Source: Desulfomonilia bacterium
Lineage (GTDB): Bacteria; Desulfobacterota; Desulfomonilia; UBA1062
Direction of reading: 5' to 3'
DNA: 64,000 bases
Assembly: GCA_963664325.2 (NCBI GenBank)
Contig: CAXXDQ010000008.1
Coordinates: 256,001-320,000, forward strand
The translations under genes were made by a program, and so were the position numbers. Positions 41,171 to 51,076 of the stretch are shown here, piece after piece. Each line of letters opens with the position of its first letter. The stretch's first letter is position 1. The notes under the pieces are model-generated. The model had not been told where the DNA came from and made no database searches. It saw only the letters and a list, made by a program, of their open reading frames with translations.

Positions 41171-42241
41171 ATGAAAAAATATAAACTGGCTGCAATTCCC
41201 GGTGACGGCATAGGAATTGAGGTTATGAATGAAGGCGTCAAGGTCTTAAAGAGCCTTGAAAAGCGTTTCGGACTTAAATTCGAAATCGAAAGTTATGGAT
41301 GGGGCTGTGAATATTATCTGAAACATGGCCGCATGATGGATGATGACGGACTTGAAAGGCTCAGGAAATATGATGCAATCCTGCTGGGCGCTGTTGGTTT
41401 TCCCGGAGTGCCTGACCATATATCGCTGCGTGACCTGCTTTTGAAAATCAGACAGGGATTCAACCAGTATATAAATTACAGGCCGGTCAAGCTGCTCGAT
41501 GCCGGGTTCTGCCCTATAAAGAATAAAACACCCCTGGATATCGACATAATTTTCATCCGTGAAAACAGGGAGGGGGAATACTCGGGCGCAGGCGCTATTC
41601 TTAATCAGGGCAAGGAAGATGAGATGGCGCTGCAGACCGGTGTATTTACCAGGAAGAACACCGAAAAGGTGATGCGGTATGCCTTCGATGTGGCGAAGAA
41701 AAGGAAGAAGCAGGGCAAATTGACGAGCATTACTAAATCCAATGCGCTCAATTACAGCATGGTGTTCTGGGACAGGGTCTTTGCTGATGTCGCCAAAGAT
41801 TATAAGGATGTTAAGACCAATTCATTTCATGTTGATGCCGCTGCCATGTTCATGGTCCAGAAGCCCGAGATGTTCGATGTAGTAGTGGCGTCGAACCTTT
41901 TCGGAGACATACTGACAGACCTTGGAGCAGCTCTTCAGGGCGGGCTGGGTTTCGCGGCAGGCGCCAACCTTAACCCCGAGGGAGAGTATCCTTCAATGTT
42001 CGAGCCTGTTCACGGCTCGGCCCCTGACATTGCAGGCAAGGGCATGGCGAATCCGATTGCAATGATATGGACAGTGGAACTGATGCTTGAGCACCTCGGC
42101 GAACGTGAGGCCGCCTCGTGCGTCCTTGATGCAATAAGGGAAGTGATAAAGGACAGGAGCAGGCTTACGGCGGATATGGGCGGAAGCGCCACCACTGCCG
42201 ATGTCGGGGATTCTGTCTGCAGGATCATCAGGGAGGGATGA
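41171..42241 (+). CDS. Tartrate/D-malate/3-isopropylmalate-family decarboxylating dehydrogenase
   Basis: IPGDGIG.EV, VPDHISL, IRENREGEYSG, TKSNAL, SNLFGDILTDL and SMFEPVHGSAPDIAGKG.ANP. Confidence 0.9.
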   Translation: MKKYKLAAIPGDGIGIEVMNEGVKVLKSLEKRFGLKFEIESYGWGCEYYLKHGRMMDDDGLERLRKYDAILLGAVGFPGVPDHISLRDLLLKIRQGFNQYINYRPVKLLDAGFCPIKNKTPLDIDIIFIRENREGEYSGAGAILNQGKEDEMALQTGVFTRKNTEKVMRYAFDVAKKRKKQGKLTSITKSNALNYSMVFWDRVFADVAKDYKDVKTNSFHVDAAAMFMVQKPEMFDVVVASNLFGDILTDLGAALQGGLGFAAGANLNPEGEYPSMFEPVHGSAPDIAGKGMANPIAMIWTVELMLEHLGEREAASCVLDAIREVIKDRSRLTADMGGSATTADVGDSVCRIIREG

Positions 42242-42242
42242 A

Positions 42243-43133
42243 ATGATTAGCAGGAAAAACGTAAAACTCGGCATTGCTCCTATTGCCTGGACGAATGACG
42301 ACATGCCCGATCTGGGTGCTGAAAATACATTCGAGCAGTGCATCTCTGAGATGGCGCTGGCCGGATTCACGGGAACAGAGATAGGGAACAAATACCCGAA
42401 AGATGCGGCTGTACTGAAAAAGCATCTCGAACTGCGCGGCCTTTCGGTCTGCAACGCCTGGTTCAGCACATATTTCACCTCAAGGCCTGAAGAGGAAACC
42501 ATTAAGTCGTTTATCAGGCACAGGGATTTCCTTCATGAATTAGGAGCTCGCGTGATCGGTGCCTCGGAGCAGGGCAACAGCATTCAGGGTCAGATAGATC
42601 TGCCGGTATTGTTCAACAAGCCTCTGTTCACAGAAGAACAGTGGGACAGGGTCGCAACAGGGCTTGAAAAACTTGCTGCGCTGGCAGAAGAAAAAGGCAT
42701 AAGGCTCTGCTATCATCATCACATGGGAACAGGTGTGGAAAATATGGCCGAGATAGACGGGCTCATGGCCAGAACGAAGAATGTCGGGCTGCTTTACGAT
42801 ACCGGCCATGCGGTTTTTGCCGGGATTGATCATATAAAGCTGCTGGAAAAATATATCTCAAGAACCTTTCATGTCCACCTGAAAGATATCAGAGAGAATG
42901 TGCTTGCCCGGGTCAGGTCTGAAAATATGAGCTTTCTCAATGCCGTGAGGGAAGGGGTGTTTACTGTTCCGGGAGACGGCATGATAGATTTTTCCGGGGT
43001 CTTTAAGATACTTGCAGATAGCAGATTTAAAGGCTGGTTTGTAGTTGAAGCGGAACAGGACCCTGCAAAGGCAAACCCGTTTGAATATGCGCTGAAGGCA
43101 AGGCGTTTCATCAGGGAGAATACCGGGATATAA
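42243..43133 (+). CDS. iolE: Myo-inosose-2 dehydratase
   Basis: LGIAPIAWTNDDMPDLG, YHHHMGT, DTGH, HVHLKD, FTVPGDG and VVEAEQDP. Confidence 0.96.
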   Translation: MISRKNVKLGIAPIAWTNDDMPDLGAENTFEQCISEMALAGFTGTEIGNKYPKDAAVLKKHLELRGLSVCNAWFSTYFTSRPEEETIKSFIRHRDFLHELGARVIGASEQGNSIQGQIDLPVLFNKPLFTEEQWDRVATGLEKLAALAEEKGIRLCYHHHMGTGVENMAEIDGLMARTKNVGLLYDTGHAVFAGIDHIKLLEKYISRTFHVHLKDIRENVLARVRSENMSFLNAVREGVFTVPGDGMIDFSGVFKILADSRFKGWFVVEAEQDPAKANPFEYALKARRFIRENTGI

Positions 43134-43158
43134 ACGAAAAGTTCAAAGGAGATAAGAG

Positions 43159-44157
43159 ATGAGCAAGACTGCCGTCGGAGTAATCGGGGCCGGTAGAATC
43201 GGCAAGGTCCATACCCAGAATATACTAAACTTTATCCCTGATGCTAAGGTGAAATATGTCGCCGATGTTAACCAGGGGGCAAGGGAATGGGTGGATAAAC
43301 TGGAAGGAACGGCTTTTACTACGGAAGTTGAAAAGGTTTTCAGCGATCCTGAAATAAAAGCCGTGCTCATCTGTTCCTCTACCGATACTCATGTGAAGTA
43401 CATAATTGAGGCGGCCGTGGCGAAAAAACATATTTTCTGCGAAAAACCGGTTGACCATGACATAGGAAAGATACTCGAAGCCCAGAAGGCCGTAGAGGAC
43501 AACGGTGTAAAATTCCAGATCGGTTTCAACAGAAGGTTTGACCATAACTTTTCAAAGGTTAAGCAGCTGATAAACGATGGACAGGTCGGTGATATATATT
43601 TTATCAACATCACATCAAGGGATCCCGACGCCCCGCCAATAAGCTATGTCAAGGCCTCCGGAGGCATGTTCATGGATATGACAATTCATGATTTCGATAT
43701 GGCCAGATTTTTGGCGGGCACTGAAGTCAAGGAGGTTTATGCAAAGGGCGCCGTATTCGTTAACCCGGAAATCGGAGCTGCAGGAGATATTGACAGCGCT
43801 GCTATAATCCTGACCTTTGAAAACGATGCGATCGCCATAATCAACAACTGCAGAAAAGCAGTTTACGGTTACGACCAGAGGGTTGAAGTGTTCGGCTCAA
43901 AAGGCAAAGTGGAGATCGCCAATGATACGCCCTCAACTGCAGTCCTGAGCAGCAGCGAAGGGATTATCTCGGAAAAGCCTCTGCATTTCTTCATGGACAG
44001 GTACACACGGTCTTATGTCGATGAAATAAAGGATTTTCTTGACGCGATAATCAACGGCAAAGAAACACCTACTGACATGGTTGACGGACTGAAGTCTGTT
44101 GAGATAGCTTATGCGGCAAAAAGGTCACTGAAAACTGGGCTGCCAGTGAAGATATAG
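43159..44157 (+). CDS. iolG: Inositol 2-dehydrogenase
   Basis: GAGRIG..H, CEKP, GFNRRFD, SRDP, DMTIHDFD and YGYDQRVEV. Confidence 0.93.
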   Translation: MSKTAVGVIGAGRIGKVHTQNILNFIPDAKVKYVADVNQGAREWVDKLEGTAFTTEVEKVFSDPEIKAVLICSSTDTHVKYIIEAAVAKKHIFCEKPVDHDIGKILEAQKAVEDNGVKFQIGFNRRFDHNFSKVKQLINDGQVGDIYFINITSRDPDAPPISYVKASGGMFMDMTIHDFDMARFLAGTEVKEVYAKGAVFVNPEIGAAGDIDSAAIILTFENDAIAIINNCRKAVYGYDQRVEVFGSKGKVEIANDTPSTAVLSSSEGIISEKPLHFFMDRYTRSYVDEIKDFLDAIINGKETPTDMVDGLKSVEIAYAAKRSLKTGLPVKI

Positions 44158-44172
44158 GAAAAGGAGAAAGAA

Positions 44173-45194
44173 ATGGTAAAAGTCGGAGTAGCCGGATATG
44201 GAGTCATCGGTCAGAGATTGGCTGATGGTGTCGCCCTTCAGAAGGAAATGGAACTTGTCGGGGTGGTGGATGCCGCTCTCAGCCTATCTGTGATGGCGCT
44301 TAGGAAAAGGGCATGCCTTACAAGCTTTATGCAGTCAACAAGGATGCATATGAACTCTTCAAGGCAAACGGAATCCCTGTCGAGGGACTGATGGAAGACC
44401 TGCTTGGAAGAGTTGACATCATGCTTGATGCAGCACCCGGCGGTATAGGCGCCAGGAACAAAGAGCTTTACAAAAAGCATAATGTCAAAGCCGTATTCCA
44501 GGGCGGCGAAAAAGACGAGGTGGCTGATGTCTTTTTCCATGGTTATGCCAATTATGAAAAGGGTCTCAAACAGAATTACCTGAAGCTTACCTCCTGCAAC
44601 ACAACGGGTCTGATCCGTGCCGTTGACTGCCTTGATCGCATATGGGGCATCGAAAAGGTTGCGATCACAATTGTCAGAAGGGTCGCTGATCCAGGCGATT
44701 ATCACAGGGGACTGACAAACGCCCTGCAGGTGGATAAAGCGCCCAGCCATCAGGCAGTCGATCTGATGACCATAATGCCGCATATAGAGGCTACGGGTAT
44801 CCTTGTACATACGCCGGTGACGCACGGACACTTCATAACCGTCGTCGCCACACCGAAGAAAAAGCTCGATGTAGACAATGTCATTAAGGCTTTCAAGGAT
44901 CATGACAGGATAAGGGTTGTGAGCCTCAAGGAGGGATTCCTCGGAAACGCCTCCATATTCAAATATGCACGCGACCTCGGGAGGTCCAGGGGCGACCTTT
45001 ACGAAATTTGCATCTGGAAAGACACGGTCGTCATGTCAGGCGGTGACGTCATGTTCGGCATACATATCCCCCAGGAGTCCGTAACAATACCGGAAACGAT
45101 AGACGCGGTAAGGGCTGCTCTTGGAATGCAGGCCGACAGGCTCGAAGCGGTAGGCATGACGAACAAGTACCTCGGCCTGCCGAGCTGGAAGTAG
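44173..45194 (+). CDS. Archaeal-type (type II) GAPDH-family dehydrogenase (one base missing at ~44303-44308)
   Basis: GYGVIGQRLADG in the first frame; FQGGEK, SCNTTGL, RRVADP and QES..IPETIDA.RA in the second frame. Confidence 0.85.
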
Positions 45195-45324
45195 GAAAGG
45201 AAAGAAAACAGGGGTTGAGAGGCTGAATGGAACAGTGAGACTGGGATCAGAATAGATTCGGTTCCGGTTTTCTGCCATCTCCTTTCTGCTGTCTCATGAC
45301 CCCTTATTTCTGAAGGGATTTTTT

Positions 45325-46585
45325 ATGAGCCAGATGAAGATCTTATCCATGCGGGAGATGAATGTAAACGGCAAGGTTGTGCTGTTGCGGCTGGATATAA
45401 ATTCGCCAATCGACCCGGTGACAAAAAGAATAGTCAACAGGAACAGGCTCAATGAAAGCCTTCCGACGCTGAATTTCCTGATTGAGAACAACGCGAAGAT
45501 TGCGATTATCGCCCATCAGGGCGATACGCTTGATTATCAGAACCTGATACCCTTAAACGAGCATGCTTCTATCTTAAGCGAACTGCTCGGGAAAGAGGTC
45601 GAATATATTGATGATGTCTGCGGCCCTGCAGCTCAATATCTGGTAAAAAGGCTGAAAAAAAGCAAAATAGCCCTGCTGGGAAATCTGAGATATTTGAGCG
45701 AGGAAATCTCCACGTTCGAAAATGCCGTCAAACTGGAGCCGTCCGATATGATGGGCACTTTCCTTGTGCGCAGTCTATCACCTCTGGTTGATATTTATAT
45801 AAACGACGCATTTGCAGCGGCGCACAGGAATGCACCGTCAATGGTCGCTTTTCAGGAGATTAAACCTTCCGCCGCAGGGGACCTGCTTTTCAGGGAGGTC
45901 GAAGCATTAACGAAAGTGATGAAGTCGCCAGTGAGGCCTTCCGTGTTTGTACTGGGCGGGGCGAAAATTTCAGACGCATTCGGCATGATGAAACAGGTCC
46001 TGGAAAATGGCACGGCCGATAAGATCCTTACCTGCGGCATAACCGGCGAGATATTTATAATGGCATCCGGAAAGTATATCGGTGCAAAAAAGGAAAAGTT
46101 TCTGAAAGACAGGAACCTGCTGGAATTCATCGAACCTGCAAAGGAATATTTGAAGGATTACCCAGGAAGGATTGAGATGCCGGCAGACCTGGCCTTCGAC
46201 TCAGGAGGGCAGAGGAAAGAAATCGACCTACAGAACCTGCCAGTTGAGGAGTTGTTCATGGATATCGGGACAAAGACCATTTCGAGATATTCGGACATCA
46301 TTGCCGGCGCCAATACCATTTTCACAAACGGCCCGGCAGGGGCTTACGAAAACGCTTTGTTTGAAAAGGGTACAAAAGATGTTTTACAGGCAATCGCCGG
46401 TTCAAAGGGTTATTCAGTCATAGGCGGCGGGCGATACAGTGGCGGCTGCCGAGAAACTGATCGACATTAAGAAAATCGGCTATGTCTGCACAGCAGGCGG
46501 CGCCATGGTCAGGTTCCTTACCGGCAAAAAACTCCCTCTGATCAAGGCCATGGAAAAGGCATACCTGAGAATGAAGGCGGAATAA
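45325..46585 (+). CDS. pgk: Archaeal-type phosphoglycerate kinase family protein (extra G at 46429-46431)
   Basis: RLDINSP, NLRY, NDAFAAAHR, LGGAKISD, DIG..T and NGPAG.YE; corrected frame reads GGGDTVAA...CTAGGA. Confidence 0.85.
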
Positions 46586-48110
46586 ATGTTTTATACCGGG
46601 GCCGGACGTTTAATGGTTTTCATCATTGCCGTTTCTCTGGCTGCCTGTGCCACATTACCGAAGGACATCCCGAAAGTCCCGTCCTATGCCGTTGAAAACA
46701 GAGGTGATACAAGGATAGCAAAGGCCGTAGAGAGAGAGGCTGTCAATCATCCCGGTGTGTCCGGTTTTTATATGCTGCCGTCGGATATGGATGCATTCAT
46801 CGCGCGGGCAGTTCTCATCGAAGGGGCCGAGCATACTCTTGATCTTCAGTATTACATTGTCAGCGACGACCTGACGGTCAGCTTTCTTATGGAGAGGCTC
46901 ATTTCGGCAGCAGACCGCGGCGTCAGGATAAGGCTTCTTTTTGATTATCTCGGGACGGGACTTAATGATTCTCAACTGTGGATGCTAAACAGCCACCCCA
47001 ATATCGAGCTGCGGCTGTTCAATCCAACGGGAAGCCTCAGGCAGTTGAACCACAGGATGCACAACAAGGCTTTTATAGTCGATAATGTCGTTGGAATAGT
47101 CGGAGGCCGTAACATGGCCGATGAATATTTCGGGGCAAGGGAAGACGTTAACTTCGCGGACATGGACATTATGGCGGCAGGCCCTATTGTAAAAGACATA
47201 TCGAAAAGTTTTGACATATACTGGAACTGCGAATGGGCGATTCCGTATGAATGCCTCTCATCAGACAAACCTGATGATGAAAATTTAAAGAAGTCCTTGG
47301 ACTCCTTGAAAGAAACAAACAAAAATGCGAAGGATTCGAAATATGCGGTTCGCCTGAAGGAATCGGATTTTTTTAGGCAGGCTTGTGAAGGGTGATATTT
47401 CTTACAGCTGGGCCGATGGCTCCGTAGTCTATGACCTGCCTGAAAAGATTTCGGCAAAGAACAAGAAGGACCCCGATGCCGACCTTATGACGCAACTGAT
47501 CCCCCTTGCCAGAAATACGAAGACTGAACTGATCCTCATATCCCCATATTTTGTCCCGGGAAAATCGGGTGTTGATATTATTGGAATGTTTAGGAAAAGC
47601 GGTATGCGGGTCAGGATTGCAACCAATTCCCTGGCGTCCACAGATGTGATTTCAGTGCATTCCGGTTACGCAAAGTACAGGAAAGAATTGCTTGAAGAGG
47701 GCGTTGAACTCTATGAGATGAGAGCCGATCCGGAAGAAAGGGGCAAGGAGGCCAGACGCAAGGCTTTAGGCTCATACCGCGGCAGCCTGCACGCTAAAAT
47801 GTATATATTTGACAGGAAAGCGGTCTTTATAGGCTCCCGGAATCTTGATGCCAGGTCCAGGCAGATAAATACTGAAATCGGTATTTATGTTCAAAGCCCT
47901 GAAATCGCCTTTCAGGCGGCGAGGATGTTCGAATTAACGACTGTACCGCTATACTGCTTTAAGCTGGGCCTCTCCGATGATTCCCGCCTGGTCTGGACAA
48001 CAGAAGTAAACTGCAAGGAAGTCAAGTATTACCATGAACCGATGACAAGCTTCTGGAGGCGTTCCTCTGCCTGGTTTGTATCTATATTCGTACCCGAATC
48101 ACAATTGTGA
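46586..48110 (+). CDS. Phospholipase D family lipoprotein (ClsC/YmdC-like; extra T at 47368-47374)
   Basis: Lipobox LAAC; two HKD motifs (RMHNKAFIVD and SLHAKMYIFD); SPYFVPG; TNSLASTD. Confidence 0.9.
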
Positions 48111-48252
48111 AAAACGGTTTGATGAAGAATCACGGGCACTGAAATTTATATACTCTAAGAATGGCGTTTTTTTAAGGATTCGATATTGTAATTGCCTGAG
48201 TGATACGGAGGCTAGGACAAATCAGGCCAAGAAAAGTTGCCGGAATGCGGAG

Positions 48253-49218
48253 TTATATGGTCCAGTGTAAAGAACCGTAGAGGGCATCAATAACCATCAT
48301 ATTCTTCACTGCATCATCCATGCCCCAGCGGGGAGGTCTTTTGTTTGTTACCGCATCCATGAAGTCTTCCAGTTCAAGGACATAGCAGTTGGCTCCGGGG
48401 GTAGTGACAATTTCATCACCACTGTTCGTGCGGATGATAAAACTGGCTTCTTTCTCGCCCGGGAACCATGGACTTTCGATGATGATTGAACCTTCAGATC
48501 CGGCAATTTCAGTGTAATGACGCTCGAAATTGTTTATGCTTGTTTCAAAATGGGCAAGGATGCCGCCGGGAAATTCAAGCATGCCGGTCATGGTTTCATC
48601 GACTTTTCCGCAAACAGCAAAGGCTGAAGATTTTAACGGCTCGGCACCAGTGATAAGACGTGACACGTTGACACAGTAGCAGCCAACATCCATAAGCGCT
48701 CCGCCGCCGAGTCTGGGATTTGCAGTAATTGTTCCGGGTTCGTCAAGCATGAATGTGAACCGGCTGAAGATTGTAGAGAGTTCCCCGATTTTATTTTGGG
48801 AAACGGATTCAATGACTTTCTGATAAAGCGGGTGAAACCTGTACATGAAGGCTTCGGCGACAGGCACCCCTGTCTTATCGGATGCTTTGGCACATTCAGC
48901 GGCCTGGCCCGCATTCAGGGCAAAAGGCTTTTCACACAGGACAGGAATGCCTTTATCTATTGCCTTCAGGCACCACTCGGCATGCATGCTGTTCGGCAGG
49001 GGTATATAGACCGCATCAATTTTTCCACAGTCGAGTAGTTCAATATAAGATCCATATGCTTTTTCAATACCATACAAATGCTGCCATTCTCCGGCCCTTT
49101 TGGCATCGCGGCTGGCAATGGCGTGTACAACGCCGTTTTCTGTAAGCTTCATAGCGTCTATGATAGCCCTGCTTATATTGGCGGTTCCCAGTATTCCCCA
49201 TTTGAAATTGTATGGCAT
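48253..49218 (-). CDS. Gfo/Idh/MocA family oxidoreductase
   Basis: WGILGTANI, YIPLPNSMH.EW, LCEKPF, EAFMYRFHP and GGGALMDVGCY. Confidence 0.92.
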   Translation of the reverse strand: MPYNFKWGILGTANISRAIIDAMKLTENGVVHAIASRDAKRAGEWQHLYGIEKAYGSYIELLDCGKIDAVYIPLPNSMHAEWCLKAIDKGIPVLCEKPFALNAGQAAECAKASDKTGVPVAEAFMYRFHPLYQKVIESVSQNKIGELSTIFSRFTFMLDEPGTITANPRLGGGALMDVGCYCVNVSRLITGAEPLKSSAFAVCGKVDETMTGMLEFPGGILAHFETSINNFERHYTEIAGSEGSIIIESPWFPGEKEASFIIRTNSGDEIVTTPGANCYVLELEDFMDAVTNKRPPRWGMDDAVKNMMVIDALYGSLHWTI

Positions 49219-49221
49219 ACT

Positions 49222-50081
49222 CTATAGACTTATATCTGGTAATGACTGGCGGGAATGTGCTGAAATGGCATTCCCGAGACCTTTTTTAAGAGCTTCGACA
49301 ATTTCAGGATAGATATTGCCGTTATGTTCATTCATATAAACCTTGGAAATCTCGGTAGGAAGGATGAGTATGTTTTTGTTCCAGCTGCTCAGCCTCCTGC
49401 AGAGTTCTCCTTTCCCGGAAAAAACCAGATTTTCCGCAACAGTTGTTGGAATGTCCGGGATGGTGATCTTACCCAGCCGGTCAAGCCAGTCGTCAATTGT
49501 TTTACCCCAGCGTTTCCTGTCCAGGAGTTCTGTCCCAAGGTTAAAAACCGGAGGATGCATTATCCCTTTTTCGACCTGACGGGAAATGTTGTACGAATGG
49601 ATGTCATAGATTATACAGACCCCGAACTTTTTCAATAGGACTGTGATACAGCTTCCTATGAACCTGTAAAATGCATCATGTTTGAAAAGACTTTTCAGGT
49701 TCATCTCATCGGTGGGCTGCTTGCCGTAAACCTGAACACCCCAGAATCTGTCCGGGGTGAGAGGAAGTGCAAGTTCAGGCGGCCGGTTCAAATCGTATTC
49801 AGCCCTGGAATCAAGTACCCATATGGCGCTTTGGCTATCCTGAATCATCAGGTCAGTCATGGGATCTTCTTCAAAAAACGGGCATTTTCTGATATGTGAA
49901 TAAAAGGCAGCAGTTCATTCCTGACATTATGTCCGGCATGGATCGCCATAGCGATATAGGGCACGGCCAGATCAATATTGAATGAATATCCGCCTGTGGG
50001 GCTTACACCGCTAAACCTGGTCAGGCTGCCAATCTGCTCGATAATGCCTGGATCACATGGGATATTCACTATCGCATCCAT
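49222..50081 (-). CDS. N-formylglutamate amidohydrolase-family Zn hydrolase (one base missing at 49873-49878)
   Basis: AIHAGH; corrected RFFEEDPMTD; DSRAEYDLNR; YDIHSYN; FNLGT; TEISKVYMNE. Confidence 0.85.
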
Positions 50082-50089
50082 CCTTTGAT

Positions 50090-51076
50090 TTATTCGATGC
50101 CATACCTTTCAAGGGCGGATGAAACAATAAGGTGGAGCATTTCCCGATATTCCTCCATATGCCCCTTTCCTGATGGGTGGTAGAGCGAGTAAATCTGGGG
50201 GCTCCAGCTTTTGAACGGCTTCAGGCCGGGTATGCCATTGATTTCTATGACTCTAAGTTTATCATCCGCCCCGACTCGCATATCAACCCTTACATGATCA
50301 AGGCAATTAAGGGCATCGGTCGCCTGTTTGCACAGTTCTTTTGATTCCTCAAACCTTGTCTCTGGTATGCTTATTTTGGTCAATCCCACACCGCGCAAGT
50401 CGCTACGGAGGATATGATATTTGCCGTAGTGTGATTCTTCAACAGTGACGAGTCCGGGCAGTATTTCCTGGAGCCTCCCGTTTCCGAACATCAGTACAGT
50501 ATATTCCTGCCCTGGAAGGTATTCCTCAACAAGAGCGGCCTGTTCGAGCTTTTCGTGAACATACCTTATGCGGTTTTCAAGTTCCGGTTTGGAATGAACA
50601 ACGCTTTCATCACTGATCCCGATTGATCGAGATTCGCAATTTGGTTTAACAAATGCAGGGAAAGGGATATCGGCGATGTCATCACCGATATCGATCAGAT
50701 AATGTTTGGGTACCAGAGCCCCGTGCTCGTGCATGATGCGGTGGGTGTCATATTTCTGGATAAGCTGTTTCATTGTGAGAGAGCTGGGGCCGATATAAGG
50801 AATGCCCTTGTCGTCCATGATGTCCGCCACCCAGTCGATATCGCCTTTGATTCCAATGATGTCCTCACGTTGGGATATGTAATAGAGCGCGCTCCACACG
50901 ATATCGTACGACTTGTTGCTGATGGCCTTCATGAAATCATCAAGGGTCTCGACATAGGCAATTTCAGCCGATCTGTCCCCAGTGTTAAGCGTCTCGCACA
51001 TTACGTTGGTCACCTTCATGTCTCCCCATCCCTGAGCATCACCACCAGGGCCGGTAACTATAAGTATCTTCTTCAT
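50090..51076 (-). CDS. Divergent D-Ala-D-Ala-ligase-like ATP-grasp ligase
   Basis: GIPYIGPS, FPAFVKP, LVEEYLPGQEYTV, RVDMR and IEINGIPG; TGATG coupling to the upstream racemase. Confidence 0.85.
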   Translation of the reverse strand: MKKILIVTGPGGDAQGWGDMKVTNVMCETLNTGDRSAEIAYVETLDDFMKAISNKSYDIVWSALYYISQREDIIGIKGDIDWVADIMDDKGIPYIGPSSLTMKQLIQKYDTHRIMHEHGALVPKHYLIDIGDDIADIPFPAFVKPNCESRSIGISDESVVHSKPELENRIRYVHEKLEQAALVEEYLPGQEYTVLMFGNGRLQEILPGLVTVEESHYGKYHILRSDLRGVGLTKISIPETRFEESKELCKQATDALNCLDHVRVDMRVGADDKLRVIEINGIPGLKPFKSWSPQIYSLYHPSGKGHMEEYREMLHLIVSSALERYGIE

